64,000 bases of DNA from Verrucomicrobiia bacterium (GTDB lineage Bacteria; Verrucomicrobiota; Verrucomicrobiia; JADLBR01): the NCBI GenBank assembly GCA_026646655.1, contig JAPKHT010000009.1, forward strand, positions 10,518 through 74,517, given 5' to 3'. A model generated the notes under the pieces. The model saw nothing but the letters and a program-made list of their open reading frames with translations. It ran no database searches and was not told where the DNA came from. Each line of letters starts with the position of its first letter. The first letter of the stretch is position 1. Shown here one piece after another: positions 47,471-56,544 of the stretch. A program made the translations under genes and the position numbers.

Positions 47471-47498
47471 TTGACGTCATCGGGCGGGACCCTATAGT
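47471..47498 (+). promoter_or_regulatory. putative sigma70 promoter of the STAS-PP2C-grpE-dnaJ-rsmE operon
   Basis: TTGACG-N16-TATAGT, ending 9 nt before GTG 47508. Confidence 0.6.
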
Positions 47499-47507
47499 GG
47501 ACGGATT

Positions 47508-48011
47508 GTGAGTCAAGGGACGCTCTGGGTCAGCGCTGGGCCAATGTCGGCGTTCTTCCGGGTCGTGGGGCGGGGTTCGTTCCAGAATGCCGGGTTGTTG
47601 AAAGAGGCCGCGGGCGAGGTGTGGGGCAAGGGCTGCCGCCGGCTGGTGGTGGATCTGGCCGACTGCCGCACGATGGACAGCACGTTCCTGGGCATCCTCG
47701 CCGGGCTGGCGCTGCGATCGCGCAAGGAGCAGGGCGAGGTGATCCTGACCCGCGTCGCGGGGCGCAACCGGGAACTGGTCGAAAAGATGGGCCTGGACCG
47801 GATCATGACCGTGGAGGAGGCACCGGCGCCCGCCGCGCCCGAGAATGGCCGGGAACTGGTGGCGGGGGCCCCCACCAAGGAGGAGACGACGCAGACGATG
47901 CTGGAGGCGCACAAGAATCTGATTGAGGCGGACCCCGCCAACGAACAGCGTTTTCAGGATGTCGTGGAATTTCTCAGCGAGAGCGCCAAGCGGCGACCGC
48001 CGGTGGGCTGA
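47508..48011 (+). CDS. STAS domain anti-sigma-factor antagonist
   Basis: LVVDLADCRTMDSTFLGIL (phospho-Ser motif), LVEKMGLDRIM; C-terminal MLEAHKNL extension. Confidence 0.9.
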   Translation: MSQGTLWVSAGPMSAFFRVVGRGSFQNAGLLKEAAGEVWGKGCRRLVVDLADCRTMDSTFLGILAGLALRSRKEQGEVILTRVAGRNRELVEKMGLDRIMTVEEAPAPAAPENGRELVAGAPTKEETTQTMLEAHKNLIEADPANEQRFQDVVEFLSESAKRRPPVG

Positions 48012-48047
48012 GGGGCCCCGGCGCGAGAGGCGACGGAAGACCCCGCC

Positions 48048-49430
48048 ATGATCATATTGCTCTGCGCCCTCGCCGGGCTATGCGCGCTGCTCGTCTGGCT
48101 GGTCTGGGACCAGCGGCAGACGGTCGCCCGACAGGACCTCGAGATCGACCGGCTCCGGGAGGAGAAGAAGGCGGTCTTCGACCTGATGCACGAGCTGGGC
48201 GAGGCGTTTGCCGACACGATGCGGGTCGATGACTGCATGCGGATCGTGGTGCGCGCCGCGATCCAGATCACCCAGGCGCGCTCGGCCACGTTCTTCGCGC
48301 TGGACGCCGATCGCGGCGCGCTGCGGCCCGGCGTGTCCCAGGGGCCGTTCCCGGCGCTGCTGCCGGCCCTGCGCCGCCACGCGACCCAAGAAATCTTGCC
48401 CGCGCTGCACCCCGTCTTCCAAGAGGCGATGGACCGCGGCTGGGTGCTGGTGGCCGACTGCGCATCCGACGGGCGCTTCCCCCGGCCATCCGATGACGAG
48501 CCGGCCGCCGAGACCTTCATGGCGGTCCTCCTGAGGTACCGCGGCGAGCGGCACGGCATCCTGGCGCTCGCCAACCGCGAGGACGGCGGCCATTTCGGCG
48601 AGGCCGACGCGGAGATCCTGCGGTCGATCGGCGCGCAGGCCGCATTCGCGCTCCACAACGTGGGAGTGCACCGGCAGCTCGCCGAGAAGCAGCGGCTCGA
48701 CCACGACATCGAGGTGGCCCAGGCCATCCAGCGGGTCCTGCTGCCCGACGCCTTGCCGCGCGTGGAGGGCTACGACATGCGGGCCATCAACCTCCCGGCC
48801 CAGCGCATGAGCGGCGACTATTACGACGTCTTCGACGTCGGCGGGGGGCGCACCGGCATCGCGGTCGCCGATGTCTCGGGCAAGGGCATCCCGGCCTCCC
48901 TCGTGATGGCGATGTGCCGCAACGTCCTGCGCGCCACTGCCCGCGGCATGGCCTCCCCCGCCGAGGTCCTGCGGCGCGTCAACCGGCTCCTGGCCCCGGA
49001 CATGGGCGAGGACATGTTCATCACGATCGCCTACATGATCCTGGATCCCGCGGCCCGCCGGCTGACGGTCGCGCGCGCGGGCCACGAGCCGCCCCTGCTG
49101 TGCCGCGGGGGCAAGCTCTCCGAGATCGCGCCTCCGGGCATGGCCGTGGGCATTGACAGCGGGGAGCTGTTCGATAGCGTACTGGCCGATTGCGTCCAAC
49201 CCCTGCAGGCCGGTGACGCGGTGGTCGTCTACACCGACGGCGTCACCGAGGCGCAGGATCCCGGGGGACGCGAGTTCGGCAGGGAGCCGCTCGAGGAGGC
49301 GATCCTCGCCTCGGCGCCCGCCGGGGCCCAGGCCATCGCCGACGCGATCGTGGGGCGACTCGAACGGTTCCGGGGCCCGGCCGAACAGAATGACGACATA
49401 ACGCTGATATCGCTGTATGCCGCAAGATGA
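48048..49430 (+). CDS. GAF + SpoIIE/PP2C serine phosphatase (RsbU-like)
   Basis: N-terminal TM, GAF, AQAIQRVLLP, SGDYYD, ADVSGKGIPA, RAGHEP, YTDGVTEA, DDITL. Confidence 0.92.
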   Translation: MIILLCALAGLCALLVWLVWDQRQTVARQDLEIDRLREEKKAVFDLMHELGEAFADTMRVDDCMRIVVRAAIQITQARSATFFALDADRGALRPGVSQGPFPALLPALRRHATQEILPALHPVFQEAMDRGWVLVADCASDGRFPRPSDDEPAAETFMAVLLRYRGERHGILALANREDGGHFGEADAEILRSIGAQAAFALHNVGVHRQLAEKQRLDHDIEVAQAIQRVLLPDALPRVEGYDMRAINLPAQRMSGDYYDVFDVGGGRTGIAVADVSGKGIPASLVMAMCRNVLRATARGMASPAEVLRRVNRLLAPDMGEDMFITIAYMILDPAARRLTVARAGHEPPLLCRGGKLSEIAPPGMAVGIDSGELFDSVLADCVQPLQAGDAVVVYTDGVTEAQDPGGREFGREPLEEAILASAPAGAQAIADAIVGRLERFRGPAEQNDDITLISLYAAR

Positions 49431-49929
49431 GACCAGCCCGTCGCTGACGACCGTGGAGACCTCCTATCTCCGCGAGGTCGAGGCTTCCGCCGCGCAAGCC
49501 GCCGAGCACTACGACCGCCTGCTGCGCACCGCCGCCGACCTCGACAATTTCCGGAAGCGCGCCGCCAAGGAAAGAGAGGAGGCGGTGCGCTTCGCGGGCG
49601 TGGGGCTGATCGAGCGACTGCTGCCCGTTCTGGATAGCCTCGAGCTGGGGCTCGCGGCCGCCAACGGCTCCGGCGATGCCCAGGCGCTCGCCGAGGGCAT
49701 GCGCATGACGTTCAATCAGCTGACCTCCGCGTTGCGGGACGAGGGGCTCGAGACGATCGATGCGACGGGCGTGCCCTTCGATCCCCACCGGCACGAGGCG
49801 GTCTCGACGATCGAGTCGCCCGACGCCCCCGAGGGCCACGTCGTCCAGCAACTGCGCAAGGGCTACCGGTTCCGCGAGCGCCTGATCCGCCCCGCGTCGG
49901 TCGTCGTGGCCAAGGCGCCGTCATCCTGA
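49417..49929 (+). CDS. grpE: nucleotide exchange factor GrpE
   Basis: [35 protein letters not shown]...[12 protein letters not shown]. Confidence 0.95.
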   Translation: MPQDETSPSLTTVETSYLREVEASAAQAAEHYDRLLRTAADLDNFRKRAAKEREEAVRFAGVGLIERLLPVLDSLELGLAAANGSGDAQALAEGMRMTFNQLTSALRDEGLETIDATGVPFDPHRHEAVSTIESPDAPEGHVVQQLRKGYRFRERLIRPASVVVAKAPSS

Positions 49930-49936
49930 GGACCTG

Positions 49937-51109
49937 ATGGCCGCGAAACGCGATTACTACGAGGTCCTGGGCGTCGGGAAAGAAGCCGACGAGGCCGAGA
50001 TCAAGAAGGCCTACCGCAAGCTGGCGGTGAAGTATCACCCCGACAAGAATCCGGGCGACAAGACCGCGGAGGAGAAGTTCAAGGAGCTGGGCGAGGCCTA
50101 CGAGGTGCTCGGCCACCCGGAAAAGAGGGCGGCGTACGACCGCTACGGCCACCGCGCCTTCGAGCCCGGCGGCGGGTTCGGCGGCGGCGGATTCGGCGGC
50201 GGCGCGCACGTCGATCCTTTTGAGATTTTCCGCGAGGTCTTCGGGGGCTCGGGGATCTTCGACGAGTTCTTCGGCGGAGGGGGCGGCGGGGCGCGGGGCG
50301 GGCGCGACTCGACGCGCCGCGGCTCCGATCTCCGCTACGACATGGAGCTGACCTTCGAGGAGGCGGTCTTCGGTTGCGAGAAGGAGATCCGCGTGCGCAA
50401 GGCGGTGGCCTGCGGCGACTGCGGCGGCAGCGGCGCGGCCCCCGGCTCCCGCAAGGTCGGTTGCCCCACGTGCGCCGGCAGCGGCCACGTGCGCGCGTCG
50501 GTCGGCGGCTTCATCTCGATGCTGCAGACGTGCCCGCGGTGCCAGGGCTCCGGACAGATGGTGGACAAGCCCTGCGGCAAGTGCGGGGGATCGGGCCGGG
50601 CGGAGCAGGCGACGGTCGTCAAGCTGCGCGTGCCCCCCGGCGTGGACACCGGCACGCGGCTGCGTTCGGCGGGCGAGGGCGAGGCAGGCGTGCGCGGCGG
50701 GGAACCCGGCGACCTCTATGTCGTGCTCCACGTCCAGGAGCATCCGGTCTTCAAGCGCGATGGCCAGGATCTGTTCTGCGAGGTGCCGATCCCATTCACC
50801 ACCGCCGCGCTCGGCGGCGAGGTGAGAGTCCCCACGCTCACGGGCCCCGCCACGATTCGCATCCCGGCCGGCACGCAGGGCGGCAAGGTCCTCAGGCTCC
50901 GGGCCAAGGGCATCCCCTCGCTGCGCGGCGCCGGCGTCGGCGACCTCCATGTCGGGCTGGCGGTGGAGGTGCCCACGCGCCTGACCAAGGAGCAGCGCAG
51001 GCTGCTGGAAGATTTCGCGAAGGCCTCGGGCGGCGACACCTACCCGCAGCAGGCTTCGTTCTTCGAGAAAGCGAAGCGATTCTTCACGGAGACGCGCCAT
51101 GGCCATTGA
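49937..51109 (+). CDS. dnaJ: chaperone DnaJ
   Basis: J domain with HPD, G/F region, four CxxCxGxG repeats, C-terminal domain. Confidence 0.97.
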   Translation: MAAKRDYYEVLGVGKEADEAEIKKAYRKLAVKYHPDKNPGDKTAEEKFKELGEAYEVLGHPEKRAAYDRYGHRAFEPGGGFGGGGFGGGAHVDPFEIFREVFGGSGIFDEFFGGGGGGARGGRDSTRRGSDLRYDMELTFEEAVFGCEKEIRVRKAVACGDCGGSGAAPGSRKVGCPTCAGSGHVRASVGGFISMLQTCPRCQGSGQMVDKPCGKCGGSGRAEQATVVKLRVPPGVDTGTRLRSAGEGEAGVRGGEPGDLYVVLHVQEHPVFKRDGQDLFCEVPIPFTTAALGGEVRVPTLTGPATIRIPAGTQGGKVLRLRAKGIPSLRGAGVGDLHVGLAVEVPTRLTKEQRRLLEDFAKASGGDTYPQQASFFEKAKRFFTETRHGH

Positions 51110-51842
51110 CCGATTCCACCTGCCCGACCCCGAAGCCACCGAGCTCGCCGGCGCCGAGGCTCACCACTGCCTGCATGTCATGCGGCACGGGCCGGGGGAC
51201 CGCATCGCGATCTTCGATGGCCGCGGCAACGAGATCATGGCCGAGATCACGTCGGCCACCAAAGACCGCGTGGCGTTCAAGGCCCTCTCTCGGCAGCACA
51301 CCCCGAAGCCGGGCTACGGCCTCACGCTCGTGCAGGCGATGCCCAAGGGCCGCCCCATGGAGCTCATCATCCAGAAGGCCACCGAACTGGGCGTCTCCCG
51401 CATCATCCCCCTGATGTCCGAGCGCGTCGTCGTCCACCTCGATGACGAGCGCGTCGAATCCCGACTCGAGAAGTGGCGCGGGATCGTCATCGAGGCCGCC
51501 AAACAGTGCGGCCAGAACTGGCTTCCCGCGATCGAGCCGGTGCGGGCCGCCAAGGAGTTTTTCGATGCCCCGCCCACCGCGGAGATCGCCGCCATCGGCT
51601 CGCTCCAGGGCGGGACGGTGTCGTTCCGCGCCCTCGTCTCCGAGTTCGAGGCCGCGCATGGGCGGCGCCCGGCCTCGGCCGTCATGGTCGTCGGGCCCGA
51701 GGGCGATTTCACGCCGGCGGAATTGAACGCCGCGCGCCGCGCCGGATACCGCCCCGTGACCCTCGGCCCCATCGTCCTGCGCAGCGATACCGCCGCCATT
51801 TTCTCCCTCAGCGTCCTGGCCTACGAGCTGCAGAACCTCTGA
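51099..51842 (+). CDS. rsmE: 16S rRNA (uracil-1498-N3)-methyltransferase
   Basis: [38 protein letters not shown]. Confidence 0.95.
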   Translation: MAIDRFHLPDPEATELAGAEAHHCLHVMRHGPGDRIAIFDGRGNEIMAEITSATKDRVAFKALSRQHTPKPGYGLTLVQAMPKGRPMELIIQKATELGVSRIIPLMSERVVVHLDDERVESRLEKWRGIVIEAAKQCGQNWLPAIEPVRAAKEFFDAPPTAEIAAIGSLQGGTVSFRALVSEFEAAHGRRPASAVMVVGPEGDFTPAELNAARRAGYRPVTLGPIVLRSDTAAIFSLSVLAYELQNL

Positions 51843-52245
51843 CTCGAAAATCCCTTAGCCGAACGCGTGAGCGTTTGGCCGCCGATCGCCCGAGGCGCAG
51901 GACCGCGTTTTCCACGCCGGCAGCCGGGGGTCCGGGGCACGGGATCGAGCTGGTTATGCGGATGCCGCCTGAAGGCGGCACTACGAGCCCAAAGCCGCGG
52001 GAACGTTCGTAGTGCTGCCTTCAGGCAGCCCCGGTCCACCCGAAGTGCTACTGGCAGGGCTGGCTCGAACATACCGTCGGCTCGCACATGGCGGCCTGGG
52101 GACAGTCCGCACTCCACGGGCCTTCGGCCGAAATCAGGCGATGCCCTGGGGCCATGGCGGCGCCCGGTTTCGCGCGCAGCGCTTTGCGCCAAAGCGGGAG
52201 AGGGATTTTCATCCCCCGGTGGTCCGGCGGCCGCCGGATGACGGC
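51843..52245 (+). repeat. composite REP/REPIN-like array (modules A+B plus partial module)
   Basis: 51843-52066 is a near-identical reverse complement of about 62290-62496, apart from one short indel; starts TGA|CTCGAAAAT. 52205-52240 matches 42380-42413. Confidence 0.9.
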
Positions 52246-52248
52246 TAA

Positions 52249-52284
52249 CCTGAATATTTCACGCGCCCGCGTGAACTATGCAGG
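52249..52284. repeat. 36-bp palindromic element, copy 2
   Basis: CCTGAATATTTCACGCG-CC-CGCGTGAACTATGCAGG; contains the TAG stop of the COG0523 gene. Confidence 0.8.
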
Positions 52285-53496
52285 CCAAGCCCGCATCAGG
52301 AAGAGAGCGTAGGCCACCAGGAAAAGGCACAGCGCCACGACAAGCCACCGTCCCCACGCGCGTCGCCGCGGAACCCGGGACGCCGTGGCCACGAACACCT
52401 CGCGGTAGCGGTGCGTGGGCTTGGGGCGCCCCGGGCGAAGGGCGCGGATTTCCGCGGGCGCCACGACGATCCCGGTGCCGGCGCCCTCGGCGACGGCGGC
52501 CCCGACAAACTCCCGGAGTCGCTCCGGGGCCATCTCGACCCGCGCGTTGATCGTGAGCAGGGCCCGCTCTGGCGCCCCGCGGATCGCGCCGCGGGCCGAG
52601 GGCGCATCGCCCGTCCTCGTGAGATTGACGGCGAGGTGATCATCGCCGGCCTCAAGCAGCATCTTGACGTGACCGATGGCCGCCCCGTCGCGCGCAAGGG
52701 CGCGGCCGAGCCTTCCCATCACATCGGACGCAAAGATGTCCCACGCCGGGGCCCCGTCGGATCGCCGCAGCTCATACGTCGCGTTGAGCCAACCCAGGGC
52801 GGCCTCCCCGTCCGCGTACGTGTCGTAGTCCACCGCCACGACGCGCCCGCCCCCCTCCGCGCCCGCGAGGACCGCATCGAGCCACGCCTCGACGCCGTCC
52901 GCCGTCGCCGCCGACATGAACCGCACGTCGGTCTCGGGCAGCCGGGCGCCCAGCAGGCCGCACAGCCGCGCCCTCTCGCCGGCGCCGATGAGGTCGCTCT
53001 TGTTGACCGCGATCACGTCGGCCTCCTCGAGCTGTTTCCAATAGATGTACGCGGCGCCGGGATGCAGGCCCCCGCGCTCGTCGGCCAGCACGCCGGCCAG
53101 CCTCATCGGATCGGCCAGCACCGTCAGGGGCGTGATGCGAAAATCCTCGCGGAAGTTCTCCTTGAGCGGCTGGAGGATGGTGGCGGACAGGTCGGTGCAA
53201 CTCCCGACGGGCTCGGCGATCAGGGCATCGGCCCCCACCGAATGCCGGAGGCCCCGAGCCTCGCGGATCAGCCCGCCGAAATCACAGCAGAAGCAGCGGC
53301 CCGCGACCTCCCCGACGCTGACACCCTGCCTCCGGAGGAACCCCGTGTCCACGAGCCCCGGCGCCTGGTCGTTGGTGATCAGGCCGACCTTCTTGCCGCG
53401 CGCGATGAGCACCCGGGCGGCCTCCCACAGGAGCGTCGTCTTGCCCGCCCCCAGAAAGCCCCCGACAAAAATGATCGGCACAGTCTCTTCCGCCAT
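52276..53496 (-). CDS. COG0523/CobW-like P-loop GTPase (metallochaperone family)
   Basis: GGFLGAGKTT, ITNDQ, GRCFCC metal motif, EPVGSC, QLEEAD....NKSD; GGGAGG RBS. Confidence 0.88.
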   Translation of the reverse strand: MAEETVPIIFVGGFLGAGKTTLLWEAARVLIARGKKVGLITNDQAPGLVDTGFLRRQGVSVGEVAGRCFCCDFGGLIREARGLRHSVGADALIAEPVGSCTDLSATILQPLKENFREDFRITPLTVLADPMRLAGVLADERGGLHPGAAYIYWKQLEEADVIAVNKSDLIGAGERARLCGLLGARLPETDVRFMSAATADGVEAWLDAVLAGAEGGGRVVAVDYDTYADGEAALGWLNATYELRRSDGAPAWDIFASDVMGRLGRALARDGAAIGHVKMLLEAGDDHLAVNLTRTGDAPSARGAIRGAPERALLTINARVEMAPERLREFVGAAVAEGAGTGIVVAPAEIRALRPGRPKPTHRYREVFVATASRVPRRRAWGRWLVVALCLFLVAYALFLMRAWPA

Positions 53497-53650
53497 ATGC
53501 CTCCCAGCCGCGAGTGTCCGCCACAGGGCCCGACCGCGAGATCAGGCCGTATCTCGGCCGCCTCAATACGCCCGTTCGCGCAGTTGTCCATGTATCAATC
53601 CCGCCGTCAAAGGCTTTCTCCCCCGCCCGCCCGAGTACGATCTCCGCCGA

Positions 53651-53750
53651 CCCGAAGGCGCAGCGCATCCCGTAGCCGGACGCGCAATCGTTTGGCCGCC
53701 ACAGCCTCACGGCTTGGGCTGCATTTTCCCCTCTGGCGGGGCCGACGGCG
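53651..53750 (+). repeat. REP-like repeat module A (degenerate)
   Basis: CGCAGCGCATCCCGTAGCCGGACGCGCAATCGTTTGGCCGCC..GCCTCACGGCTTGGGCTGCATTTT matches the 25710-25780 copy. Confidence 0.75.
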
Positions 53751-53752
53751 CG

Positions 53753-55090
53753 TCACCCGCCCTGGCGCTTGCCGCGCCGATACGCCTGGGCGAGAAGGGT
53801 GATCGGGTGAACGACGGGGCGATCCGGCCTCGGCGAAGCGGCGATGCCGGTCTCCAGCTGGATGGTGCAGCCGGGGTTGGAGGTGACGACGGTCCCGGCG
53901 CCGGTGCCATCGATGTGGCCCAGTTTTCGCCGCAGGAGTTTCCCGGACATCTCCGGCTGGGTGATGTTGTAGACACCGGCGCTGCCGCAGCACCACGTCG
54001 ATTCCGGGAGCTCGACGAGGTCGAGGCCGGGGATCGCGCGGAGGATCTCGCGGGGCTGCTGGGTGATCTTCTGCCCGTGGCAGAGGTGGCAGGCCTCGTG
54101 GTACGTGACCTTGCCGGGGCCGCCATGGCCGCAGCAGGAGGCCGGTGCCCCGGGCCTCTTGAAGTTGATCTCGACGAGGAACTCGTGGATGTCGCGCGCC
54201 TTGCGGTCCCAGTCCTCGGCGCGGCTCCTGTACCCGGGGTCATCGTGCAGGAGATGGCCGTAGTGCTTGAGGTGGGAGCCGCAACCGGCGGCGTTGATGA
54301 TGATCGCGTCGAGGGTCTCGGGCTGGAAGGCGTCGATGTTGCGGCGGGCCAGCCGCTTCGCCATCTCCCACTCCCCGTTGTGGCCGTGCAGCGATCCGCA
54401 GCAGGCCTGGCCGCGCGGCGTGAAGACCTCGCACCCGTTCTCCAGCAGGACGTCGACGGTGTCGCGGTTGACGTGCGAGAACACGAAATCCGCGACGCAG
54501 CCGGTGATCATGCCGACGCGACGTTTCGGCTCGCCCGCGGGACGCTCGGTCTCGCGGATGAGGTCGAAGGAGAACCTGGCCTGGACCTTGGGGGTCAGGG
54601 GCTCCAGTTCGCGAAAGCGTTTCGGCGCCAGCGCCATGAGGCCGAACTTCCTCACGATCCACTGGATCCCCGTCACCTGATAGAGCCACATCAGGCGACC
54701 GATCAGCCTCAGGATCGGCGGGTGGCAGAAGGCCATCTCGATGAGGCTCCATCGGATCAGGCGCCGGAAGAGACCATCGGAGACCCCGGTGCGCTCGACC
54801 TCGGCCCGGCCCATCTCGAAAAGCTCGGCGTAGTTGACCCCCGCCGGGCAGGCCGTCATGCAGGCGAGGCAGCCGAGGCAGAAGGACATCTCCCGGGCGA
54901 ACTCGCGGGACACCTCCAGCCGTTTGTCTGCGACCGCGCGCATCAGCGCGATGCGGCCGCGCGGGGAGGACTTCTCCATGAGCGTGGCGTCGTAGGTGGG
55001 GCACGTCGGCAGGCACATCCCGCAGTGCATGCACTGCTGGAGGACCGAGTAGTCCAGATCCTTGAGATAGCTGGCGGGGGCGGTGGTCAT
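53753..55090 (-). CDS. glcF: glycolate oxidase-type Fe-S subunit
   Basis: CMHCGMCLPTCP, SPRGRI, CLGCLACMTACP, two CCG domains, YHEACHLCH, TSNPGC. Confidence 0.9.
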   Translation of the reverse strand: MTTAPASYLKDLDYSVLQQCMHCGMCLPTCPTYDATLMEKSSPRGRIALMRAVADKRLEVSREFAREMSFCLGCLACMTACPAGVNYAELFEMGRAEVERTGVSDGLFRRLIRWSLIEMAFCHPPILRLIGRLMWLYQVTGIQWIVRKFGLMALAPKRFRELEPLTPKVQARFSFDLIRETERPAGEPKRRVGMITGCVADFVFSHVNRDTVDVLLENGCEVFTPRGQACCGSLHGHNGEWEMAKRLARRNIDAFQPETLDAIIINAAGCGSHLKHYGHLLHDDPGYRSRAEDWDRKARDIHEFLVEINFKRPGAPASCCGHGGPGKVTYHEACHLCHGQKITQQPREILRAIPGLDLVELPESTWCCGSAGVYNITQPEMSGKLLRRKLGHIDGTGAGTVVTSNPGCTIQLETGIAASPRPDRPVVHPITLLAQAYRRGKRQGG

Positions 55091-55097
55091 CGGGACC

Positions 55098-56462
55098 TCA
55101 GAACATCTTGCCGGGATTCAGGATCCCGTTGGGGTCCATGGCCGCCTTGATGCGCCTGTGCAGGCCGATGCTGGCCTCCCCGAGCTGGCCGGGGAGGAAG
55201 GGTTTCTTGGCCACGCCGACGCCGTGCTCGCCGGTGATCGTGCCGCCGAGCCCGATCGCGTAATCGAAGATCTCCTTCATGGCGGCCTCGACCTTCTCGA
55301 TCTCCTCCCCGTTGCGCTCGTTGGTGAGGAAGGTGGGGTGGAGGTTGCCGTCGCCCATGTGCCCGAAGGTGCCGATCTTGAGCCCGTACTTCTTGGAGAT
55401 GCCCTGGATGAATGCCACCATCTTCGCCAGCTCGCTGCGCGGGACCGTGGCGTCCTCGAGGATCACCGTCGGGGCGATGCGCGCCAGCGCGGAGAAGGCC
55501 GTGCGCCGCGCCGCCGCCAGCGTCGCCGACTCGATCGCGTCGGCGGCGATGCGCACGTCGCGCGCCCCGTTCTTTTTCGCGATCTCGGCCATGGCCTCGG
55601 CCTCCTCCTCGACGACCGCGGGATGCCCGTCGGTCTCCATGAGCAGGATCGCCTCGGCGTCCCGCGGCAGCCCGATCTTCGCGTAATCCTCCACGCAGTT
55701 GATCGTCACCGCATCCAGGAACTCCAGGGTGCAGGGGATGATCTTCGCCGCGATGATGGCCGAGATCGTCTCGGCCGCATCGGTCATCTTGCCGTACGTG
55801 GCCAGCAGGGTCCTCTTGGACTTCGGTTTCGGGATGAGCCGCAGCAGGACCTCCGTGATGATCCCCAGGGTGCCCTCCGATCCCACGAACAGGTCCTTGA
55901 TCGTGTAACCCGCGACGTCCTTGACGCACTTGTTGCCCGTGTCCAGCACCGTGCCGTCGGCCAGCACCACCTTCAGGCCCATCACGTAATTGCGCGTGAT
56001 GCCGTACTTCAGGCCCCGCAGGCCGCCCGAGTTGTAGGCCACGTTGCCGCCGATCGTGGAGATCTTCATCGACCCCGGATCCGGCGGATAGAACAGCCCC
56101 GCCTTGTCCGCCGCGTCGCTGATCGCCTGCGTCAGCGCGCCGCACTCCACCCGCATCGTCAGATTCCGCGCGTCCACCTCCAGGATCCGGTTCATCTTCA
56201 CCGTGCACAGCACCACCGATCCCGCCGAGGGCACGCTCCCCCCGGAGAGCCCCGTCCCCGATCCCCGCGGCACCACCGCGAGCTTCCGCTCGTTCGCCAG
56301 CCGCAGCACCGCCGCCACATGCTCCGTGCTCTCCACCATGACCACGCAGAGCGGGCGCTCGCTCAGCATCGCGGTCCCGTCGTACGCGTAGACCGCCAGC
56401 TCCTCCTCCTTCGTCAGCACGTTCCCGTCGCCCACGATCCGCCTCAGTGCCTCTATCGCCAT
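55098..56462 (-). CDS. glcD: FAD-linked oxidase, glycolate oxidase subunit D-like
   Basis: PRGSGTGLSGG, YPPDPGS, TIGGNVA, KYG, GSEGTLGIITE, HMGDGNLH, GEHGVG, LNPGK. Confidence 0.9.
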   Translation of the reverse strand: MAIEALRRIVGDGNVLTKEEELAVYAYDGTAMLSERPLCVVMVESTEHVAAVLRLANERKLAVVPRGSGTGLSGGSVPSAGSVVLCTVKMNRILEVDARNLTMRVECGALTQAISDAADKAGLFYPPDPGSMKISTIGGNVAYNSGGLRGLKYGITRNYVMGLKVVLADGTVLDTGNKCVKDVAGYTIKDLFVGSEGTLGIITEVLLRLIPKPKSKRTLLATYGKMTDAAETISAIIAAKIIPCTLEFLDAVTINCVEDYAKIGLPRDAEAILLMETDGHPAVVEEEAEAMAEIAKKNGARDVRIAADAIESATLAAARRTAFSALARIAPTVILEDATVPRSELAKMVAFIQGISKKYGLKIGTFGHMGDGNLHPTFLTNERNGEEIEKVEAAMKEIFDYAIGLGGTITGEHGVGVAKKPFLPGQLGEASIGLHRRIKAAMDPNGILNPGKMF

Positions 56463-56544
56463 GATGAACCTTTCTTCTGAGAGGGCAGTTTATGCGTGAG
56501 GTCGATCAAAAAAGCAAGGGGGATCGACGGCCGATCTGGGAGCG

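Noticed and set aside
47400-49937. CIRCE element for grpE/dnaJ
   Set aside because: No TTAGCACTC-N9-GAGTGCTAA found.
51843-52245. Possible CRISPR array or attC cassette array
   Set aside because: The repeats are inverted, dispersed and not regularly spaced by unique spacers; no cas or integrase gene is present.
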